DNA of 64,000 nt from Paraspadella gotoi (taxonomy: Eukaryota > Animalia > Chaetognatha), in contig CM119267.1 of NCBI GenBank assembly GCA_051294375.1, positions 6,189,992 through 6,253,991 on the forward strand, written 5' to 3'. The number at the start of each line of letters is the position of its first letter. The stretch's first letter is position 1. The notes beneath the pieces were generated by a model. The model was not told the DNA's origin, ran no database searches, and worked only from the letters and a program-made list of their open reading frames with translations. Of the stretch, positions 11,572 to 22,015 are shown one piece after another. Both the position numbers and the translations under genes were made by a program.

Positions 11572-12670
11572 ATGCAAAGTCCGGATCCGATTTTTATTCT
11601 AAGGGGTGGAAGCGAAACTCCTGTAAATTTCGTCAAATTTATTCGCTCGACAAATACTTCTTATCTATGGACAGCCTCGGGAGATGGAAAAGGTAAATGT
11701 TTGAAAAAACAATGAATTCGATTTTTTTTAAAAAATAACAGTAAAACAATAATTGTACGCATCTCTAATCGAGTTTTTACACTGTATTTTCCTGTAATGG
11801 ATTTCAGTCGTTCGGTGGTGTTTAGAAACGATGCGTCCTTTGACCACTATATCCGCCCACGTCGACGTCAACGGGGGGGCCTTTTGGTTGGACGGGTATG
11901 CCTCTGACTTATTCACGCAAGGTCGCGACGGCGTTGTCAAGCACTTCGTCGTCGTTCACGACTCCGACGAAGCCACCCTACTCAAAATTCTTAACGACGA
12001 GAAAGACTTTGGTTTTTGTCCGTGTTCTTTTCTCCAAGCCGACGAGCATCTCCTCGCCGTACCAAAAGGCGATGGTCGTGTGACCTTACGAACTTCTAAC
12101 GCGGTCCTCGCCGAATTCTCTCCCGCCGCCGCTTCTTTGAAACTCGGCATGGTCATGACGTTGACGATCGTCGCCGACGCTGAATCGCCGAAGGTCGCCT
12201 CTTCGAAAATCCTGGCCGGCTACGAGGACGGCAGCGTTATACTCTGGAGTCCCGATCAGCTGTCGCCTATATCACGTCTCCGACCTTTCGCGGCGGAACC
12301 GGTGATGGCGTTGGACTTTGACGCTCGGCTCGGCCTCGGGTTCTGTGGCTCCGTCAGCGACCGCTTCGTTGCTTTTAGCCTCGAGGACGAGTTGGAGACG
12401 AAGTTCGAGAAGACCGTCGAAAACGCGGGAATTTCGGCCATTAAGCTCCGGAAGTCGTCCGGCTTTGCTAAACTTCTCGCCATCGGCGGTTGGGACGCTC
12501 AGGTTCGACTTTTCACCGTCAAGAGTCTTAAGCAGTTAGGAAATTTAATTGCCCACAAAAAAACGGTTAGAACGATAGATTTTGACGAAATCACGGGAAT
12601 GATGGCTGTGGGGTCTGACGACTCTTACGTGTCCTTATGGAAGCTTTATTGCGATAAAAAGTCTTGTTGA
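11572..12670 (+). CDS. GNB1L: WD40 protein GNB1L/ASA1; exons 11572-11692, 11808-12670
   Basis: MQSPDPIFILRG N-terminus, LFTQGRDG, FGFCPCS, KLGMVM, LAGYEDGSVILW, PVMALDFD, IGGWDAQVRLF, AVGSDDSYVSLWKLY. Confidence 0.88.
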
Positions 12671-12892
12671 AATTCCTTTAGATGTTGGATCATTAGGGTT
12701 TGCCTGGTTTGTTTATATTTTTCATTTATTTATATTTGCTACAAAATGTCCGTAAAAAACTGAAGTTTAAAAAAATATCAGAAAATCGATATTTTAAAAA
12801 AAAATGTTTCTGCTTACTGGTAACTCTTTATCCTTGTTAGATGTGACCCCACCACCCCCAAAAAAATTGCGAGTCTCGATCAAAGATCGAAA

Positions 12893-15800
12893 ATGGTAAA
12901 CAGAATCGTGCACACGTTCGAAGGGACGGCCAATGCCATCTGTGCCAACAGAGAAACAACCCTTGTCTGCGTCGCCGGTCGCGGGGTTTTTAAAATTTTT
13001 AAGGTTCTTGAAGATTCGTTCGAGGAATCGATCAACCTAAAAACGCCAGCGGCGGGACTGGAGCGGCGCTTAGGACTAAACTTCAGCGCCTCCGACGTTG
13101 CCTGGAGTCCCGTGGAGGACAACGTGTTGGCCAGCGCCGCCACGAACGGTACCGTGGTCATTTGGGATCTGAATCGAGCGCAGAAGACCAAACACGACTT
13201 TCACTACAAGGAGCACAATCGAACTGTCCACCGCGTTGAGATTCATCCGCTAGAAGGCTCTCTTGTCCTCAGCGGCTCTCAGGACGGATACATGAAACTT
13301 TTTGACGCTCGACAAAAGAAAGTGACGCACGTGTTTAGTTCCTCGGATTGCGTCCGCGACGTTCAGTTCAACTCCAATCAAAGCCTCAAGTTTGCGGCGG
13401 CGCTGGAGAGCGGTAACGTTCAGGTTTGGGACCGGAGAGTTCCCGACAAACCGGAACTCCATCTGCAATGTCATCGGGGACCAGTGTTTTCCGTCAACTG
13501 GCATCCGGAGGAGAAGCATCGCCTGGCGACCGCGGGTCGAGATAAATTCATCAAGGTCTGGGACGTGGTGGGGCATCCACGCCCTCACTCGCCTTTCGAT
13601 TCCATTCAAACCATCGGCCCCGTCGCTCGAATCAAGTGGCGTCCGCATCACAAATACCACATAGCCTCGTGTTGCCTGCTCGTGGATTGCAATATCAATG
13701 TCTGGGACATTCGCCGTCCTTACATTCCATTCGCTCAGTTTGGTGAACACACCGACGTTGCCACCGGGCTTATGTGGCGAAGCGATCCGCAGATGCTTCT
13801 TTCTTGTGGCAAAGATTCTCAACTTGTTCAGCACGTGTTCAAAGACGCCAATCATCCCGCCAACCACGCCAATCCTGTTGGTTTGGCCATCAATAATCGC
13901 GGGTATATCGCATTGGCGCGCAGTGACAAGAGAGTTGAATCACTCTCGTCGTCATATTGCGCTTCTCTTCAGTCTACCTCACCAGACGCTACTTTGTTGC
14001 CCGAAACAACAATGTCGGGATCTGCGGCGAAGAACGTGACTTCTCCCGTGACTTCAACCGTTTTCCCACGATCTAGTTTAATGTCCACTGCCAAACGACC
14101 TTCCATCTCTCCATCAGTAACCAACCCCGCCTACAATGCTCACGCGCCCATACAGTCGGCTTCTGGTTCCGCGGCTGGATCGCCAATACACGGGCCGCCT
14201 GCTGGATTGATGTCCAACGCAACGAGCGCCGTGTCTTCTCACAATTTCCCGATGGTGGCCGCGGGTCTAGTCTCCTCGACCGTGTCCGCTTTTATTCCAT
14301 CGCACATGAACACTTCCGCCAAATTTCGCCCCAACATATTTAACACGTTCGGTGTACCCAAATCTAGCGCTAATTGGTCGGAACTTTTTGTCAAGGATAA
14401 AAAGAGCAGTCTCGTTGTCTTCAATTACCTCCACAATCTAAAGTCATCGTCGGTCGACAATTTTTCAATGGATTTTTTTATTGAAACTGCCCGGCGATAT
14501 CGCTTGACTGGAGCTTCTTTCAACGATCTCTGCGATCACAACGCCTCCGTTGCCGATGAATTGGGACGCTTTCAAATCGCCCAATCCTGGCGCATCACCA
14601 AGTTGTTTTTCTGGAAACCAGCCGGAATCAAGACATGCGACGGAACATCCAGTTCTAATGCCCCACCGGGATCGACATCCTCGCTAACAGGCGCCGGAGG
14701 TTCCGCCGCGGGATCAACGTCTCTCTCTCGTACAACTTCTAACGTGTCCAACCTGCCAGTCTTGGATATTCCTAAAGCACTGGCTGCCGCTAACGAGACC
14801 CATCCGGTCAGCTCGACCACGCCTCAAACCTTGGGCGCCGAGCCCTCGGTCTTTGTCGGCGCCGCCAGCGCCGCCTCTTCCTCCACCGACGCCAGACTGC
14901 AGCCGGAAACGGAGAATTCTTGCGTCGGGGGTTCGGACGACGAGAGCGAACCTGGCGACGTTTCCGATCAAGAGAGAAATCTTACCTCGATCGCCTCCGG
15001 CCAAGGTCTTCTATCTCTCAACAAGGATCTCTTTTACGATCCAGTCGATTTGGGCGAGTCTCTCTCGAAGTTAAGACAACAACAACAACATCAACATCGT
15101 CGCAACGGCCGGTCTCGAACGATGGAACCCGTCGTCATCGAAGACTTCCTCGCGGGCGCTTATCACCTGACTCGTCGAGAAGAGACCAAGCCGGACTGGG
15201 TGCTGCCCTCGGAGGCATTTGATCAAAGGCAGAACATTCTGGAGAAGTCTCCATCGTCGTCGCCCGTCGTCGATTCTTTGATCGAAGGCGCGATTGCTGA
15301 TGACGTCGCCGCGGTCAGCGTTGAAAATCCGCCGAAGTTTTTCGGAAACGGAGAGATGGAAATATCCGAGGGAAAAACGCGCGAAAGCCGCAAAGACGTA
15401 ATCGAGCCAAACGACGCCGCGCGATCGACGAGCGCCAAATCGGAAGAAGTCGGCGCGCCTTTGAAAAAGTCAGAAGTCAATGAGGTCGCCGGAAAAAAAC
15501 AAGAAACTGTTGTCCACTTAATTTCCCCGAATTCCGACGCGATTTTTAAGCCCAATTACTGGGATTTCTCTGAGATTTTGAAAGAAATGCTCCATTTTTA
15601 CGCGGATCACGGTGACATTCAGATGACGGTTTCCTGTCTCTTGGTTTTGGACGACAAGGCGAAGGACGTTGTCGATTCGTCGATGGCGGAGATATGGATC
15701 ACGGGTTACGTGGATCTCCTTCGGCGCTTTCAGTTGTGGGTCGAGGCGACGGAGATTCTCAAATTGTCTTTGCCTTACGTAATGATTTCGCCCGAAACGA

Positions 15801-16063
15801 ACACTTTGTCTCAACAGTCGACTCTCATCCGGACTAGTTGTTACCGTTGCAACCGATATCTCAGCGAAAGGGGATGGGCATGTAATGCTTGCAACAAGGC
15901 CACTAACACCTGCGCCTTTTGTCACCAAGCCGTAAAGGGACTCTACGTTTGGTGTCAGGGTTGTTCGCATGGCGGCCACTTGGATCACATGAGACTTTGG
16001 TTCAAGTCTTCTAAATATTGTCCCACTGGATGCGGACACATTTGTAACGAAATCGCGTTATAA
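12893..16063 (+). CDS. WDR24: GATOR2 subunit WDR24 (intronless, 1056 aa)
   Basis: LASAATNGTVVIWDL, LLSGSQDG-like motif, LATAGRDK, WDIRRPYIPFAQF, LCDHNASVA, C-terminal RING/ZnF CAFCHQAVKGLYVWCQGCSHGGHLDH..WF..CPTGCGHIC. Confidence 0.96.
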   Translation: MVNRIVHTFEGTANAICANRETTLVCVAGRGVFKIFKVLEDSFEESINLKTPAAGLERRLGLNFSASDVAWSPVEDNVLASAATNGTVVIWDLNRAQKTKHDFHYKEHNRTVHRVEIHPLEGSLVLSGSQDGYMKLFDARQKKVTHVFSSSDCVRDVQFNSNQSLKFAAALESGNVQVWDRRVPDKPELHLQCHRGPVFSVNWHPEEKHRLATAGRDKFIKVWDVVGHPRPHSPFDSIQTIGPVARIKWRPHHKYHIASCCLLVDCNINVWDIRRPYIPFAQFGEHTDVATGLMWRSDPQMLLSCGKDSQLVQHVFKDANHPANHANPVGLAINNRGYIALARSDKRVESLSSSYCASLQSTSPDATLLPETTMSGSAAKNVTSPVTSTVFPRSSLMSTAKRPSISPSVTNPAYNAHAPIQSASGSAAGSPIHGPPAGLMSNATSAVSSHNFPMVAAGLVSSTVSAFIPSHMNTSAKFRPNIFNTFGVPKSSANWSELFVKDKKSSLVVFNYLHNLKSSSVDNFSMDFFIETARRYRLTGASFNDLCDHNASVADELGRFQIAQSWRITKLFFWKPAGIKTCDGTSSSNAPPGSTSSLTGAGGSAAGSTSLSRTTSNVSNLPVLDIPKALAAANETHPVSSTTPQTLGAEPSVFVGAASAASSSTDARLQPETENSCVGGSDDESEPGDVSDQERNLTSIASGQGLLSLNKDLFYDPVDLGESLSKLRQQQQHQHRRNGRSRTMEPVVIEDFLAGAYHLTRREETKPDWVLPSEAFDQRQNILEKSPSSSPVVDSLIEGAIADDVAAVSVENPPKFFGNGEMEISEGKTRESRKDVIEPNDAARSTSAKSEEVGAPLKKSEVNEVAGKKQETVVHLISPNSDAIFKPNYWDFSEILKEMLHFYADHGDIQMTVSCLLVLDDKAKDVVDSSMAEIWITGYVDLLRRFQLWVEATEILKLSLPYVMISPETNTLSQQSTLIRTSCYRCNRYLSERGWACNACNKATNTCAFCHQAVKGLYVWCQGCSHGGHLDHMRLWFKSSKYCPTGCGHICNEIAL

Positions 16064-16369
16064 ATAAAAGTTTAATAGACGACTTCGTTTTTTGCGCCAA
16101 ACTATCAAAATAATTTAGCTGTGATATTAGTTAGGTGTCTCTAAAAAGTGATTTTAAATTATTGATTTTTTTGAATATGAAATTTATAACTCTTAAAAAT
16201 TGAACAAGCTAGATAAATTTCTCATTGGTTTAGCAATTAAAATAATTAAGGTTAAATTTCATCTTTAATTTCATATTTTCTGTCTGCTGAATTTCCAATT
16301 GCCAGTATTGTTTTTCAAATTGTTACTAATTTGAGTGGCTTAATTTTTGCAAATATTTTCAGTTTAAAA

Positions 16370-19300
16370 ATGTCGACTACTCACCGACCGGGCCCTCTGA
16401 AGCAACAAAACAAGACTCATAAAAGTGGCAAGCATCGAACCAAAGGCGAACTCGACAGGGCTGTCAAGGGCAAAGTCGGCCTTAAATCCGCGTCGCATCG
16501 CGCCAAACGGACGATGTCTAAGCAAGAGCGCAGAATCCAAGCCAACGCGCGTCGTAAGAGCAAACGAGAGGAAATATACTGGGGCAAACGGGACGTTGGT
16601 TCCGCCTACTCTGCGCCCCACGTCATCGCGGTTGTGGGTCTGGCCGAAGACGCCGATGTTTACGGCGTCGTCGATTCCTTCGAATCCTGCGACGACGAAG
16701 CCGTCGTCACCATAAACGCCGTCGGTGCCAAGCACATCGCGATTCCTCGCTTTAAGACTCGGTACCACTTTCTGAGCCCCAAGCCCGGCGACGTCCACGC
16801 CGTCCTCGACGCCGCCAAAGTCGCCGATACGATCCTCTTCCTTTATTCTTTGGAAAATGGCGTCGACGCGTACGGCGATTACGTCATCACGACGCTCTTC
16901 GGTCACGGCGTTCCGTCATCGATTCATTGCGTAGAGGGACTCGACCTTCTCCCCGCGAAAAAACGCAACGAAGCAAAGAAGATCCTCCAAAAGCACGTTG
17001 AGAAACGATTTCCCGAAGGAAAGATTCTCGGCCTCTCCTCAACGACTGATCGTCTCAACGCTCTCCGGCACGCCAACGAGCAGAAGCGGAAAGTCCCCTC
17101 GCTGCGTCTCCACCGATCCTTCCTGCTGGCGGAAGACGTCTCCTTTTTGGACGGCGACGACCAGGAAAAGGATGAGGGAACCCTCGTCATTCGAGGTTAT
17201 GTGAGATCGAAGAAACTCTCTGTCAACGGCCTGGTCCACCTGCCCGGATGGGGCGACTTTCAGATCGCACGCATCGAAGCTCCTACTGATCCTCACCCTC
17301 TGCCCAACCGAGGCCGGAACTTTGTACCCGGGCCCGATGTGACGGTGGTATACGCAGAGCCCGATCCGACTCAACAGGAGTCGACGCAAGCAGAGGCCGT
17401 CGTGGATCCCATGGAAGGGGAGCAGACGTGGCCCACCGATGAAGAGATGGCCGAAGCGGAGGCGCGGGCTGAAGGGGCCGGGGCTGGCGAGAAGGTTATC
17501 AAGAAGGTTCCCAAAGGAACTTCGGAATATCAGGCCGCCTGGATTTTGGACGCTGAAGTAGCAGAGGCCGAAGATGTGAAGAAACGAGAGGAGGAGAGCG
17601 ACGTTGACGACGACGACGAGGAAGAAGAAGAAATGTCGGAAGACGACGACGCTGGAATATTTGCTGCCAAAGACGTCGGAAGCTCCGTGGACAGCGACGA
17701 AGAGTCGTCTAAGGACAAAGGCGAAGACGACGACGATGAAGAATTCGAGGAAATCTCCATGGGAACCGACAAAGACGCCGCGTACGACGAAGGTTTGGAC
17801 GCCGACGAAGATCGCGTTAATCTAGAGAAGCTTCGAGCCGAGAGAAAGACGCAAGAGATGTTTCCCGACGAGGTTGACACACCGTCCGATCGGCCCGCCC
17901 GTCTCAGATTCGCCAAGTACCGCGGACTCAAGAGCTTTCGGACCAGTGAATGGGATCCCAAAGAGAACCTGCCCCTCGACTACGCGCGGATCTTTCAGTT
18001 CGCCAATTTCGAGCGCACACGCAAACGCGTTCTCGCCGCCGACGAGGACCTCGAGGACGACGCACCCGGCTCTCGCGGTCCTCGACCTGGTCTATACGTC
18101 TCTGTTCACGTCGCCGCCGTGCCCAAGCGATTCGTTCACTCGCTCAATGTCGGGGCGCCGCTCGTGGTTTTTCAACCTTTGCGTCACGAGCAGAAGATGT
18201 CGCTAATCAACATCGTCTTGCGTCCCGTCCCCGACGCGCCCGTCGTCCAGAGCAAGGACCGGCTGGTGCGTTCTTCCCTGTGAATTTTAATTTAAATCTA
18301 ACATATAAATTACAGATTTTGACGTATTTTTGTTGTAAACTATTTTCGCCAACAGGTGTTTCATCTCGGGTTCCGGCGATTTACGGCGCGGCCAGTTTTC
18401 TCGCAGCACACGAACGGAACGAGACACAAGTACGCTCGGTTTTTGTCTCGCGAGGGAGTCGCCGTCGCTTCGTTCTACGGCCCCGTCACTTTCGGACCCG
18501 CTTCCGTGCTTGCCTTTAAGGAGATCAAGGACGGTTCGCACGAGTTGGTCGCTTCGGGAACTTTGCTTTCCGTCAACCCGGACAGAATAGTCGCCAAGAG
18601 GATCGTTCTTAGCGGTCATCCATATAGGCGAGTTTTTACAAACCCCTCTTGTTTTGCGAAAATTAGTTGCTTTTTAGCATGAATTAGATGGAGAACAAAC
18701 AAATACATAGTATGTACATAGTAAACATTATCTTTTTCTTTTTTTTGCAGAATTTACACGAGATCCTCAATAATTCGATACATGTTTTTCAACCGGGAGG
18801 ACATCAATTGGTTCAAACCTGTCGAACTCAGGACCAAGTGGGGACGAAGGGGACATATTCAAGTAATATTATAAGCATATATGAAAATGATACACCTAAT
18901 AAAAAACTGTCCATTCGTTCAATTAATAATTTATATATCAGAAGTCTTTCTATTAGAAAATGCTCTCACGTTTTTCTGACCGAGAATCGGTTCAGACCAA
19001 AACCTTAAAACTTCTATATGATTTTGCATACAGTATCCCAATGGCCAATTGGCCATAACTAATCGGTCTATCGAGGCGATTTTCAATATTTTACCCCACG
19101 GGCCAAAAAATGACCAAAAAGTCCTCTTTTTTTAATGATAATTTTTTTTTGTGAGATCAATTGAATTTTTCTTAACTTTGTAGAAAAACTGTTTTAGAAT
19201 TATTTTTTAAAAATTTAAATTGATTTTTCTTACTTGAACATTGCTTAGTCCATCATTTTAGGTCTAATTTTTGCTCTCCACTCAAAAGCTGACATGAACC

Positions 19301-19892
19301 TCTTGATTTAAAATTTATGATCCTAGAAGTATACGGAAAAATGTTTTTTGTCACAATAATTGTACTTTTCTGATCAAGTAAACAAACGTTTCTGCAATAG
19401 TTCGGGATAAATAAATCAAAAAAATTGATTTAAAAAAAATAATGCCCATATTTTGCCCGCCTGGGCTGACCCCTGAGGGTCCCATATCTCGGGTCATAGG
19501 TCAAATTTCAAAAATCCCCTCGATAGATATTGCCCTGAAATTAATTCAAACAAAATTTCACCGAAGTCGGCCTAGTAGTTTGATCGGAACCGATTCTCGA
19601 TTCTAAAAAACGGGGGAGCATTTTCTAATATGAAGCCTTCTGTATATTATACTACCTGGTTGACGGTCGACTTCGTCTCTTTATTTTCTAGGAGCCCATC
19701 GGAACTCACGGTCACATGCGATGCTTCTTCGACGGGAAGTTGAAGTCGCAAGATACCGTTATGATGAATCTCTACAAAAGAGTTTTTCCCAAATGGACCT
19801 ACAATTCGAGAGTTCGAAACCCCGCGCCCTTGATCGATTACAAACCGAGTAAATCGGTCGAGAGACGAGAAGCTGTTATGGAAACTGATTGA
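16370..19892 (+). CDS. TSR1: Pre-rRNA processing protein TSR1; exons 16370-18265, 18356-18627, 18751-18862, 19692-19892
   Basis: [101 protein letters not shown]. Confidence 0.97.
18951..19630. mobile_element. MITE / non-autonomous DNA transposon (~680 bp) with ~50-bp imperfect TIRs in TSR1 intron 3
   Basis: Left end TATTAGAAAATGCTCTCACGTTTTTCTGACCGAGAATCGGTTCAGACCAAA matches the reverse complement of the right end, TATTAGAAAATGCTCCCCCGTTTTTTAGAATCGAGAATCGGTTCCGATCAAA. Internal inverted repeat TATCGAGGCGATTTT vs AAAATCCCCTCGATA. A second partial copy lies at 27220. Confidence 0.85.
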
Positions 19893-20251
19893 CAATCATA
19901 GACTCTCTCTAGATAAGATGGATACCCTCGCAGGCAGTTTTTAATTTAGTCAGCCGTTCTTCGAACCGTTGTTTCGTTGTTAACTTTTTCGTTAACTTAT
20001 TTGTATAGAGTGTTTGAGAGTTTAATTATGGATTCATTACTTTTCAGGTACGCATAAATTAGCAATAATTTTTTTACCGCGAATTACTAGGAAGCAAAAA
20101 AAATGAGTATATTTTTAAAACGAACAAAACCGACGAAGCAATGATTGCTGACGTCGATTAAAAAAATAAAAAAAAAACAAACAAAAAACCAAAAAACCCT
20201 CAAAAACGTTTTTATCTTTCGCTCTTTCTCGTTTACTCTTTTCTCGCGAAC

Positions 20252-22015
20252 ATGTCGGAATCTCGATTGACGCGGATGAAGTCGAAACGAAATTCCGGCG
20301 ACTCCGCCGACGCCGTCGAGAGCGGTGGCGCGGCGACGAAGCGCCCGGCCGAGAGATCAATCCTCGCTTCATCCGCGGAAGCGAAGGCCGGAAAGTCTGG
20401 CGGAGACGCCACTGCCAATCGAGGCGGCAGCGGGGTCCGGACTCGGAGTGAAAACTCTTCCGGCAAATGTCATTCCGTTGCACCGATGTACTTAGAAGAC
20501 GAAGAGGATGAAGACGACGACGACGAAGACGACGACGAGGAAGAAGAAGAAAAACCTCAGCGACCCCAACGCAGCAAAAGTCGGAAGGTCTACGACGACT
20601 TTTTCTGGCCTCCAGTTTTCATGAATCTCAAAACTCTGCACAAGAAAGAGGAGAACGACCTCCGTAAGGCCATCCTCCTGTCTCTCAGGGAATCCGCCGC
20701 GCATAGAACGCAACGGGATCGGCCGCAACCGAGACGAAACGAGCAGCAACAAAAGCAGCAAAGACTGCCGCCGCTTACGCAGGCGCCTTCGTCCGCCTTC
20801 ACGTCCGCGACCGCGCCAACCAAACCAAAGAAAACCTCCGCGTCGTCCTCAGCTTCTTCCTCCGACTCTAACCGTCCATCGACGCCCAACGTAACAGTGA
20901 CCCTCCATCGCTGCGACAAGCTGATGAGGGAACGCTCTTCTTCTTCCGCCTCTTCCAATTTTCCTCGAGACGATTTTGAAGCTTCGACTCCATCTTCTCC
21001 GGCCGGGAGCGAATGCATTTCCCTTCCCGAAGACGACCCGACACCGGCCGAGGCGGCCGCCCGTGCCGTTCGGGCTCAGAGAAAGTTCGCTTCCAACGAT
21101 CTCAACGCCGCTCATCGTCCGTCGACGCCGTCGTCCCCTATTGCCACGCCTACCAAGACGATTGGCGCCGTGGCCGCACCCTCCCTAACCCAGCGTCCCT
21201 CTCACTTTGACGAGGGCCATCGGCCGCGAACTCGGGATCTCCTCACCTTTCTCTGTCTTCGCGGCACGCCAGCTCTTCCACCGCACCTGGAAGCCGCCTT
21301 CTCTCCTACCTCGTCCACGCGAGACGAGATACGCAAACCGCCGACGGAACCGCTCTCCGTTCAGGCGGTGAGGCGTAATTTAACGGATCCCGCGCCGTCC
21401 GATTCGCTAACGATCTCGTCGCCCTCGTCGTCGTCGTATCCGTCGTCGCCGTCGTCGATGTCCTCGTCGCGCCTTCTCCCCGACGCCCAGGAGGTACTCA
21501 GCTCTCCGCGTCCCGTCGTCGCCGCAGCGGACGCTCAACCTCAGGACGAAAAAACTTCCGACCTCTCACAGCTCAACACTGCCGAAAATTCCACTTGCCC
21601 GTCGATCGCTTTCGATCGACGAGAACCGGAAATCGATGCGGAGGAATTCAATTCCGACGAAATCGTCTCCAACGAAGAAGTCACCGCCGATCCTCCAACC
21701 GACGGAACATCCGCATCGCCTTCCGTCCCCTCCAGAATCTCAAGACGAATTCAGGCGAAGCTCAGCTGCTACTTTGAGCGCCAAAAGCGGTTCATGCGAT
21801 CGGACTATGAAGATCAAGCCCGATCGGACAAGGATGAGCCGTCTTCATCGAAGGTGGACTCCATGATGGATGCCTCAACGACAGCCACAACCACGAATCG
21901 ACGGCGCCGTCCCGAGACGGACGCCGCAGGACTCCAACAAAACTCGAGACGTAAATGGCGGGATCAACAAAAACAGAGAATATCCGCTTTGAAGGGTCCG
22001 CAGTTGCCGGCTTGA
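20252..22015 (+). CDS. JARID2: JARID2-like protein with only the N-terminal PRC2-interacting region (intronless, 587 aa, low complexity)
   Basis: UIM-like [23 protein letters not shown] (cf. human K116 motif QAQRKFAQ), and [20 protein letters not shown] (cf. [20 protein letters not shown]). No JmjN/ARID/JmjC before the stop codon. Confidence 0.72.
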   Translation: [587 protein letters not shown]

